From: Nanobdellota archaeon
GTDB taxonomy: Archaea > Nanobdellota > Nanobdellia > Nanobdellales > Nanobdellaceae
DNA: 32,000 bases
Direction of reading: 5' to 3'
Assembly: GCA_042850255.1 (NCBI GenBank)
Contig: AP031373.1
Location: 660,001-692,000 of the forward strand
Part shown: positions 7,597 to 14,232 of the stretch, piece after piece
How the letters are laid out: each line of letters opens with the position of its first letter
Position numbering within the stretch: the stretch's first letter is position 1
Made by a program: the position numbers and the translations under genes
Notes under the pieces: model-generated
Seen by the model: the letters and a program-made list of their open reading frames with translations, nothing else
What the model was told of the DNA's origin: nothing
Database searches by the model: none

Positions 7597-9513
7597 TTAA
7601 AAATAAGATAAATAATCCCTAATTATCCCAAATTTTTCTTTAAGATAAATATCTAATTTATATCCAGATCCTTCCTCTATAAAATCATTAACATCAAATC
7701 CATATTTTTCTTTTATTTTCTTTCTTATAATATTCCACAATTTTTTCCTTTCATCCCAAACATCATATTTATCAGATAAATTCTTCCACTTTTCTAATAC
7801 TTTATATAATTTATATATTTCTTCCCCCTTATAATTTTCAATATTTGCTAATACTAATCTATAATCTCCATATTTCATTGCCAATTCTCTTAATTTTCTA
7901 ATTCCATATCCTAAGGATATTAATGTATTTGCAATTCCAAAATATCTAGCAGATAAATCTATTAAATCTAAAATTTTTATATAATCCTTTAATTCATTTA
8001 CTCCGCTTTTATATAACTTATATCCTTCATAAAAACTTTTTCTAGCTAATTTCATACTTTCTCTTAAATATTTGTCTAATTCTTCAGGATTATCTAATAA
8101 TTTTTTACCTTTTTCAACCCATTCTTTCAATCCTTTATGAATTAAGAATCCATATATCCATTCAACATAATTCCAATGAACATCACTATGACCTTCTATT
8201 GCATTTAATTTTTCCAATATATTTTTCTTTATATTATTATCAATATTATTACTAAAATATAAAATATTATTACCCATATATTCTTCAAATAAAACTATTT
8301 TTTCAGGATTTTTTATTACTTCAATTTCATTTACTTTTTCTAATGTATTTATATCTAAAGGAGTTAAATCTAATGTAAAATCTGATAAATAATCTAGTAA
8401 TTTTATAGTTTTCTTTCCAGGATAATATACTTTACCATTATCTGCATCAACAAATAAAGGAGTTCCGTCCTTTATTATTTCTAATAATCCTTTTACTCCA
8501 ACTACAGTGGGAATTCCAAATTCTCTAGCAACAATTGCAGAATGAGATGTAATATTTCCTATTTCATTTACAATTCCAATTGCCTTTAACATATCTGGCA
8601 TCCAATCATTATAAGTAGTTTTCGATACTAAAATTTCTCCAGGTTTTAAATTTTCCAATTCTTTTTTATCTTTAATTATTCTTGCTAATCCATATACTTT
8701 TCCAGTACCTGTTGGTATTCCTTCTAAATATCCCCAATCTTTTGGAACATTAAATTCAAATTCTTTCCTTTTCTTATAAGTTATTGGTCTAGCTTGGAAA
8801 ATATATATTTTATCTTTTACTCCAAATTCTACATCAACAGAAAATCCGAAATATTTTTCTATTTCAATTATATTTTTTGCAATATTAATTATCAATTCTT
8901 TATCTAAATTAAAATATTCTCTTTTAATTTTAATATCAAAATTATTTTTATCTATATAATAAATATTTGTATTACCTTTTCCAGATACAACATTTTCTGT
9001 CAACCCTTTACTTATTTCTATTACAACTTCATCCTTATTTTCAAATATATTCTTTGAAAATCCAACTCCTCCATAATCTGTATTAATAAATTCTTGAACA
9101 ACAATACCCATTTTTATTTCAACTTCTTCATCTAATAATTCTAAATATTTTTTAACCTTTTCAGAATTTACAGATTTATATATTTCTTTTATACTATTTA
9201 ATAATTCTTCAAAATTATTTATGGGAAATATTGATATAAATTGACCTGCAAAAGAATGATAAATTAAATCTTCAATTGTTGCAGAACTTCTAGCAATAAC
9301 AGGAAAATTTAATTTATTTAAATATTCATTTAATTCTTCAATAAAATTATATGGAAAATCATTATTTTTTATATAATAATCATATACTTCTGTTGTTATA
9401 ACAAAACCTTTTGGAACATTAAATTTATTTATTAATTTAGATAAAGATAATGCTTTACCTCCAACTAAATTTAAATCTGAAGATTTATCTAATGGTAAAA
9501 TAAATTTATTCAT
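7597..9513 (-). CDS. PEP synthase / pyruvate-phosphate dikinase-like protein: ATP-grasp, phosphohistidine swivel domain and a non-canonical ~270-aa C-terminal domain
   Basis: 638 aa. The N-terminus is LVGGKALSL...VIARSSATIEDLIYHSFAGQF...FQARPIT. The swivel domain is VNEIGNITSHSAIVAREFGIPTVVG, with the catalytic His at codon 8544-8542. The C-terminus (...HSDVHWNYVEWIYGFL... then helical) resembles the C-terminus of the 4861-6492 protein (...DNWHTYNNILELSL...). It does not resemble a PEP-binding barrel. Confidence 0.8.
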   Translation of the reverse strand: MNKFILPLDKSSDLNLVGGKALSLSKLINKFNVPKGFVITTEVYDYYIKNNDFPYNFIEELNEYLNKLNFPVIARSSATIEDLIYHSFAGQFISIFPINNFEELLNSIKEIYKSVNSEKVKKYLELLDEEVEIKMGIVVQEFINTDYGGVGFSKNIFENKDEVVIEISKGLTENVVSGKGNTNIYYIDKNNFDIKIKREYFNLDKELIINIAKNIIEIEKYFGFSVDVEFGVKDKIYIFQARPITYKKRKEFEFNVPKDWGYLEGIPTGTGKVYGLARIIKDKKELENLKPGEILVSKTTYNDWMPDMLKAIGIVNEIGNITSHSAIVAREFGIPTVVGVKGLLEIIKDGTPLFVDADNGKVYYPGKKTIKLLDYLSDFTLDLTPLDINTLEKVNEIEVIKNPEKIVLFEEYMGNNILYFSNNIDNNIKKNILEKLNAIEGHSDVHWNYVEWIYGFLIHKGLKEWVEKGKKLLDNPEELDKYLRESMKLARKSFYEGYKLYKSGVNELKDYIKILDLIDLSARYFGIANTLISLGYGIRKLRELAMKYGDYRLVLANIENYKGEEIYKLYKVLEKWKNLSDKYDVWDERKKLWNIIRKKIKEKYGFDVNDFIEEGSGYKLDIYLKEKFGIIRDYLSYF

Positions 9514-9666
9514 AATATATTATTTTTTATGAAATATTAAAAATAATTTAAAAAATTAGGATAATAATAAAAACAACCATAAAGGAATAATATAAACACT
9601 TTTTTCTTCTTTTAATTCATCTTTACTTATATCCCTCTTTTACATATTCATTAATAGCTACTATAG

Positions 9667-9774
9667 ATTTTGTATCTTAATACAAAATATTTAATTTATA
9701 AAATATTATTTTTTGTATTGGAATACAAAACTTCTATATTATATAGATAATATTTTTTGTATAGAGATACAAAA
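9667..9774. repeat. Array of three perfect palindromes TTTTGTAT-N4-ATACAAAA spaced 43-44 bp apart
   Basis: IR1 is 9667-9688 (ATTTTGTAT cTTA ATACAAAAT, 9-bp arms). IR2 is 9711-9730 (TTTTGTAT TGGA ATACAAAA). IR3 is 9755-9774 (TTTTGTAT AGAG ATACAAAA). Centres are at 9677.5, 9720.5 and 9764.5. An extra half-site GAATACAAAAC lies at 9825-9835. Confidence 0.6.
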
Positions 9775-9904
9775 TATTGATTATCTAAAATAAGCTCTAG
9801 ATGTTTATATAGAAAAATATATAAGAATACAAAACCTGGATATAAAATTTTGATAGATCTAGTAGATAATTTGTTATACTTAAGAAGTCAAAATTTATTA
9901 TAGT

Positions 9905-10045
9905 CATAGCCCCATCATAATCAGGGGCTCCTGCACTCGACTTCCGTAAATGGCCCCTTCACATGCATCTGGGGCCGTTGCTTCAATGCTTCACTGCGCC
10001 CTAAATGGCTCCCTCATCTTATCCAGAGCCGTTGCTACACTGAGC
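9905..10045 (-). ncRNA. Candidate structured non-coding RNA of unknown class (GC-rich island with three G:C-stem hairpins); strand assignment is tentative
   Basis: About 54% G+C by hand count, against about 25% in the flanks. The hairpins are 9908-9913/9924-9929, 9952-9957/9971-9976 and 10007-10011/10026-10030. Hairpins 2 and 3 sit in a 55-nt tandem repeat whose stem substitutions are compensatory. The minus strand is favoured because stem 3 gains a U:G pair there (C.A on plus). In addition, the loops become GA-rich and K-loop-like on that strand (CUGA-UUA-UGAUG). Confidence 0.45.
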
Positions 10046-10075
10046 ATATATATTTTTATATATTATCTTATATGT

Positions 10076-10089
10076 AAGCTTATAAGCTT
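10076..10089. promoter_or_regulatory. Perfect 14-bp palindrome AAGCTTATAAGCTT upstream of the MNT/HEPN operon
   Basis: The sequence is its own reverse complement. It lies 36-49 nt upstream of the ATG at 10125 and just upstream of the TATA-like ATTATAAAAA. Confidence 0.3.
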
Positions 10090-10124
10090 CTAATATTATA
10101 AAAACTAAAAATAAATAATATATT

Positions 10125-10472
10125 ATGTCAGAACAAACAAAGACAATTGATAAAGAAATATTAAATAAAATTAAACAAATTATTTTAGATACTGCTAATA
10201 CTTATAATATTAAAATTCACAAAATTATTTTATTTGGATCTAGAGCTAGAGGAGATTACAGAGAATATTCAGATTGGGATATATTAATTGTAACTGAAGA
10301 TAAATTAGATAAAGAATTAGAAGATAATTTTTATTTAGAGGTTGGAAGGAAATTGGTAAAACTTAATATAATTCCTGAAATTATTATATCTGCTAAAGAA
10401 GAATTTGAAAAATATAAGTATTTAAAAGGCTTTATATATTATTGGGCAGATAAGGAAGGAATAATATTATGA
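10125..10472 (+). CDS. mntA: Minimal nucleotidyltransferase (MNT) antitoxin of a HEPN/MNT module
   Basis: 115 aa. ILFGSRARGDYREYSDWDILIV is the G-S-x9-11-D-x-D polymerase-beta-type NTase motif. Its stop overlaps the start of the downstream HEPN gene by 4 nt (ATGA). Confidence 0.8.
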   Translation: MSEQTKTIDKEILNKIKQIILDTANTYNIKIHKIILFGSRARGDYREYSDWDILIVTEDKLDKELEDNFYLEVGRKLVKLNIIPEIIISAKEEFEKYKYLKGFIYYWADKEGIIL

Positions 10473-10843
10473 ACGAAGATCTAAAAGAATTATTAGAATC
10501 TGCTAATGAAGATTTAGAAGCAGCAAAAATATTGTTAGATAAAAATTTATTTAAATCATCTGCTTTTTATTGTCAGCAATGTGTAGAAAAATACTTAAAG
10601 GCATATCTATTATATAAAACGGGATCTTACCCATTTATCCATTCTATAAAAAATTTAATTGAGCTTTGTATAAATGTAGATAAAGAATTTAATTATTTAT
10701 ATGATATAAATGCCGATAAATTAGATAAATATTATACAGGTACAAGATATTTCCCATTTTTAAAAATTACAGAAGAAGATGCAAAAGAAGCAATAGATAT
10801 TGCAGAAAATGTAAGAGAATTTATTTTAAAGAAATTATCTTAA
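10469..10843 (+). CDS. hepT: HEPN domain protein (putative toxin partner of the MNT)
   Basis: 124 aa, all-helical. The segment A.EDLEAAKILLDKNLFKSSAFYCQQCVEKYLKAYLL...HSIKNLIELC...GTRYFP follows the classic HEPN (PF05168-type) pattern. It is translationally coupled to the MNT gene. Confidence 0.75.
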   Translation: MNEDLKELLESANEDLEAAKILLDKNLFKSSAFYCQQCVEKYLKAYLLYKTGSYPFIHSIKNLIELCINVDKEFNYLYDINADKLDKYYTGTRYFPFLKITEEDAKEAIDIAENVREFILKKLS

Positions 10844-11266
10844 TTTTTCTTCTATTATTTTAATTAATTTTTCCGATAAAGATTTAACAAATTCCAAATA
10901 ATTTTTTGCCTCTTCTTCAGATATTTCTAATCCATAATATTTACTCTTATGTCTTTTATCTCTTAAATTATCTAACTTTAATATTATATCTTCCGAAAAT
11001 CCTAATTTTCTTAAATATGATATATCTGCAATATGTGAATAACTTTTATAACCATCCAAAGATAATATGGCATCTATTAATTCTATAATAGATTCATATG
11101 CAAATTCTAATTTAAATTTGGGAATCTTTAATTCTTCTGCAACCTTTAATCTTTCTGTTGCAGTTTTTAATAAAGATTTTGCTAAATTTATATCTTTTAC
11201 ATAAGTTCTTTTTATATCTCCTTTTTCTATAAAATATTCAAAATCTGGTATCATATTTTTATCCAA
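10835..11266 (-). CDS. HEPN domain protein (second module)
   Basis: 143 aa, helical. It contains ...LAKSLLKTATERLKVAEEL... and LDNLRDKRHKSKYYG, an R/H-containing HEPN-type motif. It overlaps the upstream wHTH-MNT gene by 16 nt, and its 3' end overlaps the convergent HEPN gene by 9 nt. Confidence 0.65.
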   Translation of the reverse strand: MDKNMIPDFEYFIEKGDIKRTYVKDINLAKSLLKTATERLKVAEELKIPKFKLEFAYESIIELIDAILSLDGYKSYSHIADISYLRKLGFSEDIILKLDNLRDKRHKSKYYGLEISEEEAKNYLEFVKSLSEKLIKIIEEKLR

Positions 11267-11763
11267 CCATATAATTTTACCCCATTTAAAATATTTTCTA
11301 ATAATTCTTTAGGATAATTTTTTATATCTCCAGAAAATACTTGTATTTTCCTAGATAATTCTTTTTCAAATTTTTCTAAATTTATTTCAAAATTTTTATA
11401 TCCGATATATAAATCTATATCAGATTTTTCAGTATCTGTTCCATAAGAATAAGATCCAAACAATATTATAACATCTGGAGAATAATTATCAACTAAATAA
11501 TTAACTAAATCTTTTAAAGATAAAATATTATATAATCTCTTTAGTTCTATAAAATATTTATTTTCAAGATTTCCTCTAATTAAATTAATTTTTTCTTTTC
11601 TTTCTATTGTTATTAAATTTTCATTTTCCAATTCCTTTATTATTTTTATTATGTAAGTATGTGAGATACCAGATAATTTTGCTATTTCTCTTATACTTAA
11701 ACCCTTTGTAGGATATTTAAATATTGGTATCAAAACTTTCCACTTGGTATCAAAAATTTCCAT
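11251..11763 (-). CDS. Winged-HTH fused to a minimal nucleotidyltransferase (DNA-binding MNT antitoxin)
   Basis: 170 aa. The N-terminal segment LSIREIAKLSGISHTYIIKIIKELENENLI is an HTH. The C-terminal VIILFGSYSYGTDTEKSDIDLYIG is the GS...DxD NTase motif. Confidence 0.8.
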   Translation of the reverse strand: MEIFDTKWKVLIPIFKYPTKGLSIREIAKLSGISHTYIIKIIKELENENLITIERKEKINLIRGNLENKYFIELKRLYNILSLKDLVNYLVDNYSPDVIILFGSYSYGTDTEKSDIDLYIGYKNFEINLEKFEKELSRKIQVFSGDIKNYPKELLENILNGVKLYGWIKI

Positions 11764-11783
11764 ATGGTATCAATATATACCAA
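11725..11783. promoter_or_regulatory. Three TGGTATCAA repeats at exact 20-bp phase, plus an inverted half-site forming TGGTAT-N6-ATACCA at the start of the wHTH-MNT gene
   Basis: TGGTATCAA occurs at 11725-11733, 11745-11753 and 11765-11773. ATACCA at 11777-11782 makes a palindrome with the third copy. On the minus strand this palindrome sits between the TATA-like TTTATAA (about -27) and the ATG (11763-11761). Two copies lie within codons 4-13. Confidence 0.5.
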
Positions 11784-11873
11784 TGTTTATAAATATTCTG
11801 ATTCAAAAATTTATCCAAATTGTTCCATAATGGAATAATTTTTCAAAAATTTTTTAATTCATATATAATAAAT

Positions 11874-12872
11874 TTAATAATAATCCTGGATAAATTCCTT
11901 TATATCATCTTCAGATATATAATATTTATACTTCTCTATATTCTTTACATCAATTAATACAGAAGCAATAGGTTTTATTATATTTTCATAAAATTCATAA
12001 AATTTTTTACTAACCTTTAATAATACAGGTCTATCTTTATTTTTTATCTTTTTTTCCAAAACTCCTAGAAGTTCTAATATATCAAGATGTCTTTCTATAT
12101 AATATATACTCATATTTTTATTTTCATAATCTAAGATCTCAACAGCATTAATAGTAGATTTTCCATAATCTACTATATATTTCAATATATCCTTGATTAA
12201 ATCTATTTCAAAATATTCATATTTAGTTTTTTCTTTAATATAATTTTCATCTATTTCTTTATTATTTATTTTTTCACAATATTCTTTTGCTTTATCCATT
12301 TTAACATTATAAATATCTCTAACATGATATATAAGTCTAGAATCTTCCAATATTCTTAGTACTTTTATTATATAAGTTTCAGGTATTTTATATTTATTTA
12401 AATAATTTCTAATATCTTTTTCTCCAAAATCTATATTTTCATTCTTTTTTATATAATTTACTATTCTCAAGAAATCATATATTCTAGTATTTTTAATAGT
12501 TTCTTCTAAATCTAATTTTATTTTTGAAATATTTTTATATATGTTATATGCAAATCCTCGAAAATCTTCTCCAAATTTTGATAATCTATATCCATCTTTA
12601 TCTTCTATAATTAATTTAAGTTCTTTCAATGTATTTATATTTAATGAATATATATCCAAATCTAAAGATTTAATTTTCTTATATTTTTCATAGCTCAATT
12701 TACATTTATTTAATATATCTAAAACCCTTTTCATTATTTCTTCCTCATTTCTATAATATTCATCAGGTTTAAAAATTAAATATGTTAATAATAAATCCTT
12801 TTTTGTAAGTAACTTATAAATTATCTTAGATACATCAGAGCTATTTAATATTATCTTATCTAATCCATCCAT
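11874..12872 (-). CDS. Tandem winged-helix family protein, short class (paralog G)
   Basis: 332 aa. It shares with the 16290-17273 paralog the segments MDGLDKII.../...DLLLTYLIFKPDEYY, YRLSKFGEDFRGFAYNIY and KVSKKFYEFYENIIKPI...NIEKYKYY. There are about three wHTH-like units, each with the pattern L..L...GLI....Y.L(S/T).xG. Its start lies 1 nt after the stop of the upstream long paralog. Confidence 0.7.
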   Translation of the reverse strand: MDGLDKIILNSSDVSKIIYKLLTKKDLLLTYLIFKPDEYYRNEEEIMKRVLDILNKCKLSYEKYKKIKSLDLDIYSLNINTLKELKLIIEDKDGYRLSKFGEDFRGFAYNIYKNISKIKLDLEETIKNTRIYDFLRIVNYIKKNENIDFGEKDIRNYLNKYKIPETYIIKVLRILEDSRLIYHVRDIYNVKMDKAKEYCEKINNKEIDENYIKEKTKYEYFEIDLIKDILKYIVDYGKSTINAVEILDYENKNMSIYYIERHLDILELLGVLEKKIKNKDRPVLLKVSKKFYEFYENIIKPIASVLIDVKNIEKYKYYISEDDIKEFIQDYY

Positions 12873-12873
12873 T

Positions 12874-14127
12874 TTAAATATGATTACTATCCTTATAATA
12901 CCAATACCTATATTTTTCGTTTTTTACTAGACCTTTATTTTTTAATTTTCTTAATATATAATATAACACTGGATTATCATATCCTGTATGTTGTGATAAT
13001 TCTTCAATACTTAATTTTTTATATTCTTTTAGTACTTCTAAGACTCTATTTATTTTTTCCTCCTTATATCTTTTTGAATTAATATATAGATTAATAAGTT
13101 TTGATATTTCTTCTTTATTTAAACTATAATCTTTATAATTATACAATTTAAAAGGATTTTCCGATACTTCTTTAATTTCTTCTATAAGATTATATAATTC
13201 AAGTAATTTTTCAGTAGGTTTTATTATAAAATTCTTATCTTTACCTTCCAATATCTTTAAATGCACAAGTACTGATATTATATCCTTAATAGTTCTCTCA
13301 TTCTTTTCATACTTTTTAACCAAATCATAAATATTTGATATAGGTTCCTTACTTTTTACAATATCTCTTATAACTCTTTTAAGAACCTTAAGATTAAATC
13401 TTCCATAATCCGCCTTTTCTTTTATATATTCCCTTATTTCATAGTTGTCTTTCCTATAAATATTTTTATAAATTTTTATAGCTTCTTTACGATTAATTTT
13501 ATAATATTCATCTAAATTCTTTGGTTCTTCATATTTTATTAATCCATAATCTTTAAGTTCTTCTAAATCATATCTAATACCTTCTGCTTTAGCATTTATA
13601 TTTTTAGTTATACTTTTAATACTCGTATTCTCTTTATTTTTTACAATATATTCAATTATTTTTAACTTATTTGATACTTTATTACTTTTATTAACATTTA
13701 ATATATCTTGAGGATTAATTCCTAATTCTATAAATCTTTTTAATACATAAGATATAAAACCTTTTGTTAGTTCTCCAAAAGATGATAGTTTATAACAAAT
13801 TTTTCCATTATTGTATACTTCTTCAGTTACTCCTATTTCTGTTAATATCCCCCTTCCTTCTCTATTCTTTATATAAGATTCATAGGTTGAATCTTCTACA
13901 GGTATAATTTCTTCATAATTTTTTGGGTTTTTTATTATATCATCTAAAGATAAATTAAGTAATCTTGCTGTACTTTCCATTAAACTTTTTCCATTACAAT
14001 ATAACTCATCTTTTTCTAAAGATAAATGGGTAATTGTTCTATGTAAGTTATTAAATAATAATATAATACTTATAAGTCTTTCCTCCTTTGATTTTTTAAT
14101 AAACTCCTCTAATGTGGTATTAGTCAT
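12874..14127 (-). CDS. Tandem winged-helix family protein, long class (paralog F, about four wHTH units)
   Basis: 417 aa. The family motifs are TLEEFIKKSKEERL, YKLSSFGELTKGFISYVLKRFIELGINPQDIL, IIEYIVKNK and IIKPTEKLLELYNLIEEIKEVSENPFKLYNYKDY. The terminal wHTH is LSIEELSQHTGYDNPVLYYILRKLKNKGLVKNEKYRYWYY. Confidence 0.7.
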   Translation of the reverse strand: MTNTTLEEFIKKSKEERLISIILLFNNLHRTITHLSLEKDELYCNGKSLMESTARLLNLSLDDIIKNPKNYEEIIPVEDSTYESYIKNREGRGILTEIGVTEEVYNNGKICYKLSSFGELTKGFISYVLKRFIELGINPQDILNVNKSNKVSNKLKIIEYIVKNKENTSIKSITKNINAKAEGIRYDLEELKDYGLIKYEEPKNLDEYYKINRKEAIKIYKNIYRKDNYEIREYIKEKADYGRFNLKVLKRVIRDIVKSKEPISNIYDLVKKYEKNERTIKDIISVLVHLKILEGKDKNFIIKPTEKLLELYNLIEEIKEVSENPFKLYNYKDYSLNKEEISKLINLYINSKRYKEEKINRVLEVLKEYKKLSIEELSQHTGYDNPVLYYILRKLKNKGLVKNEKYRYWYYKDSNHI

Positions 14128-14160
14128 TATATAATAGTAAAAATAATTTTTAAAATACTA
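14128..14160 (-). promoter_or_regulatory. Conserved promoter/leader cassette TTTAAAAATTA-N5-6-ACTATTATATA-ATG (copy upstream of paralog F)
   Basis: The minus strand reads TAGTATTTTAAAAATTATTTTTACTATTATATA-ATG. Near-identical cassettes precede paralogs E and B. The A/T box is centred about 23 nt before the ATG, which is consistent with an archaeal TATA box and a leaderless transcript. Confidence 0.45.
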
Positions 14161-14232
14161 ATTCAGGTATTTGTTTTAAAATAATATAAAATTTTCTGGA
14201 GAATATAATATACTAAAATAAAATTTAAAATA

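Noticed and set aside
9905-10045. Known RNA classes for the GC island: C/D-box sRNA, H/ACA sRNA, 5S rRNA, split-tRNA half, mini-CRISPR
   Set aside because: No terminal C (RUGAUGA) and D (CUGA) boxes occur at guide-length spacing. The flanks of the hairpins are direct repeats rather than complementary, so no H/ACA lower stem or pocket forms and no ACA boxes follow. The resemblance of CAUUUACGGAAGU to the 5S loop region is short and occurs within a tandem repeat that 5S lacks. There is no T-arm GTTCRAATC. Only 2-3 repeat units are present without unique spacers, so it is not a CRISPR.
9950-10093. 47-codon plus-strand ORF (MAPSHASGAVASMLHCALNGSLILSRAVATLSIYIFIYYLICKLISF) across the GC-rich island
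   Set aside because: Its A/S/G/P-rich composition is alien to this proteome. The underlying 55-nt tandem repeat is not a multiple of 3, so the repeat units are read in different frames. The compensatory stem changes point to RNA or DNA structure rather than coding. It was not fully excluded as a small hydrophobic peptide.
9514-10124. Replication origin (oriC) interpretation of the long intergenic region with palindromes
   Set aside because: No orc1/cdc6 gene is adjacent, and the palindromes do not resemble ORB or mini-ORB elements I know. It is kept only as an alternative hypothesis under the palindrome finding.
10906-11088. 60-aa plus-strand ORF inside the HEPN gene 10835-11266
   Set aside because: It is an antisense shadow ORF with no motif.
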